From Desulfobulbus propionicus (GTDB lineage: Bacteria > Desulfobacterota > Dissulfuribacteria > Dissulfuribacterales > DYLC01), in NCBI GenBank assembly GCA_020722285.1, contig DYLC01000002.1, positions 1-41,997 on the forward strand: a stretch of DNA of 41,997 bases, in the 5' to 3' direction. This document shows, piece after piece, positions 1 through 7,729 of the stretch (position 1 is its first letter; every line of letters starts with the position of its first letter). The notes below the pieces were generated by a model. The model saw only the letters and a list, made by a program, of their open reading frames with translations. It was not told where the DNA came from and did no database searches. A program made the translations under genes and the position numbers.

Positions 1-121
1 GTTGTTTTACGTCTTGATTAATCGATCGAATTTTTACATGTTGTTTGTTTTTGTGGAATTAACTATAAATCCTTGTGTTTGTCAAATACAATAAAAAAGT
101 AACAAAGATGAGATTTTTATC

Positions 122-149
122 TTGTTAAATAGTAATTATTCAGTATAAT
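122..149 (+). promoter_or_regulatory. candidate sigma70-type promoter (-35 TTGTTA, 16-nt spacer, -10 TATAAT) upstream of the cytochrome c/OMP genes
   Basis: Hexamers read directly at 122-127 and 144-149. The region is very AT-rich, so a chance match is plausible. It lies about 200 nt upstream of the first start codon. Confidence 0.25.
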
Positions 150-346
150 GCCGAAAATGAATGAAAATCACCGTACTGTAACTATTCAGCAGTGCCCTGG
201 ATGCAAGGAAGAGGTCTGCGAAGTGTGCTGCCTGCATATTAGCAGGCCAATGACGCAGCAGATGGGGTGCTGCTGGATAGTTACAGTTAAATATAATTAT
301 TTTGTTATATAGTTTGACAAATGTGTTATGTGAAGAGGAGAAAAAA

Positions 347-649
347 ATGAAAAAAACTGTTTTTAGCATGGTGCTCAGCATATCTCTGCTGGGAGCTTCC
401 ATGGCTACAGCCTCTGACCCTGCTTTGTTCCTCGCAAAATGCGGCGTGTGTCACTCAAAGGGCGGTCAGGCTGCCTCTATCAATCCTGCTGATAAGGCTG
501 GCGCTGTCTGGAAGAAGTATTTTGAAAGAGGAAGACATCCGGTGGATATTTCATCCATAAGCGCTGCTGATCTGGAAAAGATAGTGGAGTTTTTAGTCGC
601 TGGTGCAGCAGACAGTGAAAAGCCGGCTGCTGCTGTTATTCCAAAATAG
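347..649 (+). CDS. small secreted monohaem c-type cytochrome (100 aa)
   Basis: GAGGAG RBS at 335-340 and ATG at 347. Signal peptide MKKTVFSMVLSISLLGASMATA. Single CGVCH haem motif. Conserved HPVD His and no Met in the mature part, so bis-His ligation is plausible. C-terminus is PAAAVIPK. Confidence 0.8.
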   Translation: MKKTVFSMVLSISLLGASMATASDPALFLAKCGVCHSKGGQAASINPADKAGAVWKKYFERGRHPVDISSISAADLEKIVEFLVAGAADSEKPAAAVIPK

Positions 650-662
650 GAGCAAGAAACTG

Positions 663-1043
663 ATGATGAAGAGAGTCTGGTTCTTTGGTTGTTTTGGCAT
701 TATGTTTTGTAATTTTTTCACTGCAAGCTCTTATGCTGACATAGAACTTTTTGAGTCAAAGTGCCTTGGCTGTCATGGAAATGGGGATATCAAAGCAATT
801 GATTTGTCAGAGAGGTCAGCATCTGCCTGGGAGAGATTTTTCAAGGATAACAACCATCCTGTCGATCTATCTAAGAAAATAACGCAAATTGAGATGCAAA
901 AGCTTTTGACATTTTTTAAGACTAAATCTGCAGGGACTGAACAGCCTGTTTTCGCTGTAATCCCAAAACACATGCCTCTGGAAACAGCGTCTTCTACTGC
1001 GGTAGAATATGCGCAGCCTGCGGCAGCCATAATTCCAAAGTAA
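663..1043 (+). CDS. small secreted monohaem c-type cytochrome, tandem paralog (126 aa)
   Basis: AGGAG at 648-652, so I chose the internal ATG at 663 over the ORF-track start at 603. Signal peptide ends SSYA. CLGCH motif. Shares W-x-[KR]-[YF]-F...HPVD-[IL]-S with the upstream gene. Carries the motifs PVFAVIPK and terminal PAAAIIPK. Confidence 0.8.
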   Translation: MMKRVWFFGCFGIMFCNFFTASSYADIELFESKCLGCHGNGDIKAIDLSERSASAWERFFKDNNHPVDLSKKITQIEMQKLLTFFKTKSAGTEQPVFAVIPKHMPLETASSTAVEYAQPAAAIIPK

Positions 1044-1060
1044 AACAGGAGGGAAAATAT

Positions 1061-2533
1061 ATGAATCGTTTAGTTTTGTTAGGGTGTTCTGCGGCGTTTC
1101 TTTTGGCTGGCAGTGTGTCTGCCTATGCGGATGAGCAGACAGTGACTTTGCCTGCAGATGCTTACAAGGCTATTATTGAGCGTTTGGATACACTGCAGAA
1201 GAGAGTTGATCAACTGGAGACATCAAAACCTTCTGGGCCTTCTGGCGCTGCCAGCAGCACCGGTGAAGCGGCGAATCTGAAAAAAAATATTGATGATATT
1301 TTTGACACCCTTGACAGAGTGGAGACAAAGTCCATAAAAGACAAGATAAACTTAGGCGCAGAGGTAAGGGTGCGTGTAGATAATTTTTATGACAAAAACT
1401 ATATGACTTTTCTCGGAGAGGAAAGGGATCATAACGACAACCATTGGAGCAGCCGTTTCAGGATTAATATGGACGCTGATGTGGCAAAGGGGCTGTTTTT
1501 TCACGGAAGGCTTGCTGTAACGAAAAACTGGGCTGATGAAGATGATCCATTCTTTTATACAGATTTTAACAAGGGACATGCAGCAAGTTCCACTTCAATC
1601 CAGCTTGAGAGGGCTTATGTTGACTGGGTAGTGCCTAACATGCCTGTGCCTTTGGCAATTACATTCGGCAGGCATCCTTCTACAGAAGGACCTCCTGTCG
1701 AGCTGAAAGAAAATCGTCCACGTCAGTCCACTTATCCTGCCCTTTTGTTCGATGGAGAGGCTGATGGCATTGTGGCAACGGTTGGTCTTGAGCGATATAT
1801 AGGACTTAAAGAGTCAGGGTTACGTTTTGCTTATGGCAAGGGGTATCAGGATGACGATGATTTTTCAAATTACAGAGATTCAGGCTGGGGTGTGGATGAT
1901 ACAAATTTTGCCGCCGTTTTCCTCGAAAGTCAGTTGCCAACTCTTCCTGATAGTTTGATGGTGTTGAGTTATGTCAGGGCGATGGATATGGTCGATATTC
2001 CGATTGGGGCAAGCGCCAATCTTGGAGACATGGACCTTTATGGTTTACATCTTCAGGCAAACAACTTGATAAAGTCAGGGTTTGACGTTTTTATGTCTGG
2101 AGGCGTCAATGTCAGCCATCCAAATGGAAATATTGCGACGATTTACATGAATGGTATGCCAATTATGGGAGGTGGATTGCTTGACGACGCTGGGCAAGAC
2201 AGCGAAACAGGCTGGGCAATTTACACAGGTCTTCGCTATACCCTTTCTGTTGAGATGCTTAATAACCCTAAAATTGGTTTGGAGTATAATCATGGCAGTA
2301 AAAACTGGTTCTCCTTTACCCAGTCAAGTATTGAATTTTATAATAAGCTTGCTACACGTGGCGATGTGTACGATATCTACTATATTCAACCGGTTAATAG
2401 TAACCTGTATGCAAGGGTGGGCTATAGCTATCTTGATTATGATTATACAATGAGTGGAGCGCATATCGGTACACCACGCGATTCAGACGAAACACTTAGC
2501 AATTTCTATATGATGCTTGACTGTAAGTTTTAG
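1061..2533 (+). CDS. outer-membrane beta-barrel (porin-like) protein with N-terminal coiled coil; DUF3373-like by recollection
   Basis: GGAGGG RBS. Signal peptide ...SVSAYA|DE. Heptad-like LDTLQKRVDQLE segment. Aromatic- and Gly-rich alternating strands. C-terminal ...LDCKF, the terminal Phe typical of OMP barrels. Confidence 0.7.
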   Translation: MNRLVLLGCSAAFLLAGSVSAYADEQTVTLPADAYKAIIERLDTLQKRVDQLETSKPSGPSGAASSTGEAANLKKNIDDIFDTLDRVETKSIKDKINLGAEVRVRVDNFYDKNYMTFLGEERDHNDNHWSSRFRINMDADVAKGLFFHGRLAVTKNWADEDDPFFYTDFNKGHAASSTSIQLERAYVDWVVPNMPVPLAITFGRHPSTEGPPVELKENRPRQSTYPALLFDGEADGIVATVGLERYIGLKESGLRFAYGKGYQDDDDFSNYRDSGWGVDDTNFAAVFLESQLPTLPDSLMVLSYVRAMDMVDIPIGASANLGDMDLYGLHLQANNLIKSGFDVFMSGGVNVSHPNGNIATIYMNGMPIMGGGLLDDAGQDSETGWAIYTGLRYTLSVEMLNNPKIGLEYNHGSKNWFSFTQSSIEFYNKLATRGDVYDIYYIQPVNSNLYARVGYSYLDYDYTMSGAHIGTPRDSDETLSNFYMMLDCKF

Positions 2534-2559
2534 CCTGTTAACTATGCTTGATTAAAAAA

Positions 2560-2590
2560 GGGAGATATCTTGATATATCTCCTTTTTTTG
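2560..2590 (+). terminator. rho-independent terminator (potentially bidirectional: A-run, hairpin, T-run)
   Basis: The stem GGAGATAT (2561-2568) pairs with ATATCTCC (2575-2582). It is followed by TTTTTTT (2583-2589) and preceded by AAAAAA. Confidence 0.75.
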
Positions 2591-2615
2591 TTTTTCAGTT
2601 TTAGGGGGTGTCTAG

Positions 2616-4454
2616 ATGAAAGCGTGTATTAGTCGAAATATTTCTATTAAAAAACGTTTGATGCTGATAGTGGCGTTTGCCTGTTTTGTCATTATTGCGT
2701 TTGCCGGGTTCAGCACATTATGGCTAAATGATTTAGGCAGCAATGGACTGGAGATGAAGCAATTATCAGAACTGGTTTTAGAGAACCTTAAAACGAATAA
2801 AGTCATAGGTGATATCAAAAGATTGACTAATACATTTATGGTAAAAGGTGATAAGGCTACATTAAACGAGATAAAAGGTCTCCTTGACAAGCTTAATGGA
2901 AGCCTGGTCTCTGATGACCAGAGGAAAATCAAAAAATTTCAAGAGGAATTAGAAATACTTGCTACCAGGATGTCCAGCCTTGAGTCCAATAAACAGGCGA
3001 TATTTGAATATCAGAAAGTAATTTTGGATAATATTAGTAAATCGATGTCTTTATGTGGCGGTAACCAGGAGTGTTTGTCAACAGTTTCAAAGATATCAAA
3101 CATAGGCTCTGTACTTTTGTATGGCAATATAGAAGATAAAACAATCTCAGATATAAATAGTCTAATAAAGGATATTACAAAAGAGCTTGGAACAGCTTTA
3201 AAAAATATGGATGGTGATATAAAGAAAACAATAATAAATTTAAGGGATAGCTTCTATGATCTTGATGACGCATCCTCAACTATTTTTGCTATCAGAAAAA
3301 CAGTTATAGAAAAGCAGGCTGATGTATTAAAGCATCTGGATGTGATAGAAAAAAACATCATGGCAGGAAGCATTTCTGCATCCGAAGCTACGTCAAGCCT
3401 TGCTGTAAAAGGAGAAAAACTTGCAACACGTGGCGCAATCATTATGCTTGCAGTATCATGTGTCGCTTTTGTGTTTTTGAATATCCTTGGCGTTTCCTTG
3501 GTGCGTTCTATCACTAATCCTGTAGATCAGGTAAAACAGCTTTTTGCTGTCATGGTAACAGGTGATTTACGAGGGAGAATGTCTGAGTTAGGTAGGGATG
3601 AACTTGCGCAGGTGGCAAAAATGTTGAATGAATTTCTTGAAAGTATTTCTTCGCTTGTTGGGCAAGTCAAGATATCTGTTAATAACACAGATAACTCTGC
3701 TATTGAGTTAGAAAAGGTTGCAAGAGCTATGTTTGATAATTCCAATCATGCTGTGATGTCAGCGGCAGAAGCAGTTCAGCACATTGGGAGAGTAGCAGCA
3801 TCTATGACTGAGACAAGTTCTATGATGGACAATCTTAATCAGGCTACAAATGAGATATCAAGCAACATTGCTAAGACAGCGTCTCTCGCAGACAGATTAG
3901 ACAGTCAGATGGAGAATACGCAATCGACTATTATGGAACTTGATAAAGAAGCTAAAAATATTTATGAAATTATTGCGATGATTAATGATATTGCCAGTCA
4001 AACTAATTTGCTTGCGTTAAATGCCACAATAGAAGCTGCAAGGGCAGGTGAGTCAGGCAAGGGGTTTGCGGTAGTGGCAAATGAAGTAAAAGAGCTTGCT
4101 AAAGAAACTACTCGTGCGACAGAGCGTGTGTCTTCAGTCGTCAATCGTATTCAGTCAGGTATAGAGCAATCTGTAAAAAGTATTACTGACAGTGCAGAAG
4201 CGACAGGTTTATTAAAGGATGCATCACAGACTGTGGCAGCCGCTATTGAGCAGCAAACAGCCACGTATGCCAATATTAATCAGCAGGTGCAGGTTGTAGA
4301 TGATAGCCTTCAGGCGGTTAAAGAAAAAGTGAGTTTGCTTTCGGATGTGGCTGGACAAAATCTTGATACATCTAACAGTTTGACTAATAAGGCTGAAGAC
4401 CTTAAAAAGGCCTCGCAGGATCTGATACAGCAGGTTTCAGGCTTGCAGGTTTAA
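2616..4454 (+). CDS. methyl-accepting chemotaxis protein (TM, sensor, TM, HAMP, MA domain)
   Basis: Two hydrophobic segments and a HAMP-like [24 protein letters not shown]. Highly conserved signalling hairpin [36 protein letters not shown]. Confidence 0.93.
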   Translation: MKACISRNISIKKRLMLIVAFACFVIIAFAGFSTLWLNDLGSNGLEMKQLSELVLENLKTNKVIGDIKRLTNTFMVKGDKATLNEIKGLLDKLNGSLVSDDQRKIKKFQEELEILATRMSSLESNKQAIFEYQKVILDNISKSMSLCGGNQECLSTVSKISNIGSVLLYGNIEDKTISDINSLIKDITKELGTALKNMDGDIKKTIINLRDSFYDLDDASSTIFAIRKTVIEKQADVLKHLDVIEKNIMAGSISASEATSSLAVKGEKLATRGAIIMLAVSCVAFVFLNILGVSLVRSITNPVDQVKQLFAVMVTGDLRGRMSELGRDELAQVAKMLNEFLESISSLVGQVKISVNNTDNSAIELEKVARAMFDNSNHAVMSAAEAVQHIGRVAASMTETSSMMDNLNQATNEISSNIAKTASLADRLDSQMENTQSTIMELDKEAKNIYEIIAMINDIASQTNLLALNATIEAARAGESGKGFAVVANEVKELAKETTRATERVSSVVNRIQSGIEQSVKSITDSAEATGLLKDASQTVAAAIEQQTATYANINQQVQVVDDSLQAVKEKVSLLSDVAGQNLDTSNSLTNKAEDLKKASQDLIQQVSGLQV

Positions 4455-4459
4455 GGATT

Positions 4460-5458
4460 TTAATCAAGCCGCAGTTCTTGCCTGAACTCAAGCATTGCGT
4501 CTTCCTCATCAATCTCGGTGCAAAGTATATCTGTCAGGTGAGGCAGATTTTCAAGTGATGGAGCGTTATCTTTGGCCCATTCATTCACTTGTTTTTTGAA
4601 GATTGCCTTTGCAACAGGCCCAATAGCCTTTGCAAAGGCTTTTTGTATTTCGTTCAGGCGTGGTGCAAGCACCCCCTCTTTCATAGCCTCCTCAAAGTCA
4701 AAGGCAGGTGCAGTTTCCTCAGAAAAATCCATTCCAAGCGTTTCAATGCTGCCCTGTTGAGGGGTGGATTGTGAAATGTTGCCGTCATCATAGTCGTAGG
4801 TTCCAGAGATATCCTGTGTTTCATCTGTTTTGCGTGAGGCCTCAATGAGGAGAAATGTAAGCGGCATATTGATGTTTTTTTGCTGTTTTATGCAAAAATT
4901 TTGAAATTCCATTGAGGCATTGGGCCAACCAATAATTTCTAACGCTGCATCAGCGCCTGTATTGTCAAGATAACTGGCATCCAATAGTTCTCCATTTCTA
5001 AAGAAAAGTATGCCTTTTTTGTGTTCAGATTTTACAGTAATTGTGCAAGTTTTCGCTTCCAATTCTATCATCTGTAGCGCTATTGGAAGTGACACTCCCG
5101 ATATGTAGCCTTTTTTGGCGTCTTCCAATGCCTGTTTAATCGCAGCATCAAGCTCATTATAGCCAATGGTACCCGGTAGTTTTTTATAAACCTCATCGTA
5201 GTTGTAATCTCCGATTATAATTACAGGTACGTCTGGCGCTGAGTTGGTTAAAAGTTTTATATAGTTAGATTCATATGTATTATCTTTAAGTATAAATATG
5301 ACTATTACAGAAGCGGAGGTGTTAACTATGTCTTCTATAGATTTTTGTGTTTTGTTAAAAAAATTAAGTGTATAAGTTGGATTGGGTAGTCTATTTAGTT
5401 TTTCAAATAATAAAGACGTATTAATCTGTTGGTCAGCAATAAATAATACTTTTTCCAT
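4460..5458 (-). CDS. DUF4388 (PATAN) domain protein with N-terminal receiver-like (probably degenerate) domain
   Basis: The central segment GVSLPIALQMIELEAKTCTITVKSEHKKGILFFRNGELLDASYLDNTGADAALEIIGW matches the DUF4388/PATAN pattern. The N-terminal ~115 aa has a CheY-like beta-alpha periodicity (VLFIAD..., VIVIF..., PVIIIG), but the phospho-acceptor is unclear. Confidence 0.65.
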   Translation of the reverse strand: MEKVLFIADQQINTSLLFEKLNRLPNPTYTLNFFNKTQKSIEDIVNTSASVIVIFILKDNTYESNYIKLLTNSAPDVPVIIIGDYNYDEVYKKLPGTIGYNELDAAIKQALEDAKKGYISGVSLPIALQMIELEAKTCTITVKSEHKKGILFFRNGELLDASYLDNTGADAALEIIGWPNASMEFQNFCIKQQKNINMPLTFLLIEASRKTDETQDISGTYDYDDGNISQSTPQQGSIETLGMDFSEETAPAFDFEEAMKEGVLAPRLNEIQKAFAKAIGPVAKAIFKKQVNEWAKDNAPSLENLPHLTDILCTEIDEEDAMLEFRQELRLD

Positions 5459-5465
5459 TTTGATT

Positions 5466-5840
5466 TTACTCGTCCTTATTGTAAATTAGTTTGCCTAATA
5501 AATCGGTCAGCTCTAACGGTGGGGCAATAAACTCACAACCAGCGCTTCTATATTTAAAAAAAGGTTCATTGACAATCCATCTTATTGCTGCGTTGACTGA
5601 TCCTGCGAAGTTGATGGGAAGCCCACCACTTATTTTGACTAACGAGATAGTATCTCCAGTCTGCAACGAAAAGTTAGCGTCTGTCGTTATGTGAAGGGCC
5701 ATGCCTGTTATGGAAATGTTCATGATATTTGCATGGAAATTGATTGGTTGTGATGGAATTTCAAAGTATGCGACCATCCAGTCAGATGGTTTGAAATATA
5801 TACGCTTAAATCGTCTCTTTTCGTTTTGATTGGTTTTCAT
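5466..5840 (-). CDS. PilZ domain protein (c-di-GMP receptor type)
   Basis: An RxxxR motif (RRFKR) followed by [DN]xSxxG (NISITG) at the usual spacing. The 124-aa size is typical of a stand-alone PilZ. Confidence 0.75.
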   Translation of the reverse strand: MKTNQNEKRRFKRIYFKPSDWMVAYFEIPSQPINFHANIMNISITGMALHITTDANFSLQTGDTISLVKISGGLPINFAGSVNAAIRWIVNEPFFKYRSAGCEFIAPPLELTDLLGKLIYNKDE

Positions 5841-5894
5841 TACGTTATTTCCTTTTGTAACTGTGAAAAATTTGTATGGTTAAATGTATAGTTA

Positions 5895-6090
5895 AGGGTG
5901 GTTCCAAGAATTAGAAATAGCCCAATATCTGCGTTAATTTGTCGGCTGGCAAATTGCCTTGCAATTTGCCAAGCCTTGCCCTTTATTGCAAGGCGTAGGG
6001 CAAATGTTCACATACAAGAAGTATGATGCGTTTTTCAGCCTCCGAATGCCTCACCATTGAACAGAGTTTCTAATTTTTGGAACCACCCCT
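5895..6090 (+). mobile_element. MITE-like repeat, copy A (~196 bp, no coding capacity)
   Basis: TIRs are AGGGTGGTTCCAAGAATTAGAAA (left) and the reverse complement of TTTCTAATTTTTGGAACCACCCCT (right). Internal palindrome GGCTGGCAAATTGCCTTGCAATTTGCCAAGCC. Shares the core GCAAATG(C/T)TCACATACA...GTATG with the other copies. Confidence 0.85.
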
Positions 6091-7729
6091 AACGTAAAGC
6101 ATTTCTTGCAATTTCTGCATAGTCTTCTGGAAAATGCCCTGTAATCCAGCGACCCTGAGCCTCGCTGAATGCGCCTGGTGACTGTGGATGTTTCGGCAAA
6201 AAACAGTACATAAGATGTTGCTTTAAGTCTGGCATGTCAAAGCGTTTTGATATCTCATAGGCTGTAATCAATTGTGCTCCTGTTTGATAAAGGCATTTAA
6301 TGGCCAAATAAATGCCTTTATCAAGTGAATTACGCATGCTTATATCTGCTTCTAAGATATTGCCTATTGGCTTTTTTGTTAGTATTTGTAGTTCACATTG
6401 TGAACGTTGAGCTTTTGGCACATATAATATTATATTGTTATCTTCATGTATGATAAGGCTGTTTGGTCTATCTGTTCTTTCGTCCATTCTTTTATTAGAG
6501 CATATCGCCTTAATAAAAGCTTCAAAAAATAAAATATTGTGCTTGCTTTGATACTCGTCTATAAATTCAGCTATCCTATCACCTATAGCATAAGTATTAG
6601 TTGCAGTGTTAATATCTGCATATAGTCGTGAACGTGATAATGCAAATTGCTGGTGAATTTGTTGGTGAGATGCATTAAGTCTATAGCCAGAAGAAGAGTA
6701 ATCAAAGCCATAATTCCATCCCCATATGGTTCCTGTATAGTTAAGATTGTCTCTTATCTCTGTATCTTGTAATTTTTTGATTATGTTTTTTCTAAGCATT
6801 TCAATTAGCTCATTAGATATAGGTAATTTGTTCAGATATTGTTTAATATCTATATCTAATTCCTGTGCCATAATAAGCATGACTCTTTGATAGTATAAAT
6901 GTCTAAGTCCATAAATATCTTGTATGCTTAGATCACTAACAGAATATCTTATGCTGTCTTGAGCCATGTTAGATGCATAATGTCCCCAAGGAATATAGCT
7001 GTTGGCACGTAAATATTCCCATATATGAGTTTTACTGTCCTTGTATTCTCCTATGATTGGACTGTTTCCCTGTGATCCTGGAATTAATACCATCGTCTGT
7101 TTATATTTGTCAGGAAGAAAAGGATTGTTGACTACAACTTCAAATAATTCGTGATTATGAATTACTGGCGTAAGTTGACCTTTAGCGTTTTTTTTAAATC
7201 TTATGCCAGCCAGACTATTGTTTATATACACAAGATCACATGCAATATGGGCAAGTCGTATAAGTATATCAGGGCAGTCAGTTGTTTGGGCCAGCGCAAC
7301 AAGAAGACATTGTGGCAGGTCTGATATTGAGTATGTTTTGTCGGAGGTATCCGATAACGATTGGTTTGCAAGAGTTGCAATAAGGTCATTTTTACCTGTT
7401 AAGGGATGTGACTGTATGTCATGATCGAAGTTAAAGCGCCAAGTGGAAATATCTTCGGCGTATTTATCGGCTGGTTTTTTGAGAATATAGGTAGCGCCCC
7501 AAATAGGAAATGGATTTAGTATCTCATAAACGCCTTGTGTATTTTGGCATGCGATATCACCTTCTACAAAATTATGACTATTGTGAACAGGTTGATTTTT
7601 TTCATCGTATCCAATTACTTCAACTTGACTTGTCAATCGTACATTAGTAACCTGATAGACTGGCTTGTGTAGGCCAAAAATAAAGTTTCCATCCGGTGAG
7701 ATGCAGGTGTTTAATCGTTTTTTATTCAT
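6089..7729 (-). CDS. hypothetical protein (546 aa); C-terminal half shows motif-level resemblance to GalT-type (HIT superfamily) nucleotidyltransferases
   Basis: Long AT-rich ORF. The chosen start is ATG 7729 (MNKKRLNT), which overlaps the upstream stop as [34 protein letters not shown] resembles E. coli GalT [47 protein letters not shown] and [10 protein letters not shown]...[13 protein letters not shown] resemble the GalT second half. The N-terminal ~300 aa are unrecognised. Confidence 0.6.
   Translation of the reverse strand: [546 protein letters not shown]

Noticed and set aside
136-402. An 88-aa minus-strand ORF overlapping the cytochrome promoter region and the start of the first cytochrome gene.
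   Set aside because: It has odd composition, no RBS and no recognisable motif, and it overlaps a well-supported gene start. It is probably a chance ORF in AT-rich DNA.
603-662. The longer N-terminus of the second cytochrome (track start at 603), which overlaps the first cytochrome gene.
   Set aside because: The extension has no signal-peptide character. The AGGAG RBS at 648-652 serves the ATG at 663, which yields a normal signal peptide.
5944-5975. Sigma54-like -24/-12 look-alike TGGCAAATTGCCTTGCA inside the MITE palindrome, also present in copies B and C. It was tempting because a bEBP-like gene is nearby.
   Set aside because: GG-to-GC spacing is one nucleotide longer than the strict TGGCAC-N5-TTGC arrangement. 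The motif is simply half of a perfect palindrome. The adjacent bEBP homolog lacks GAFTGA anyway.
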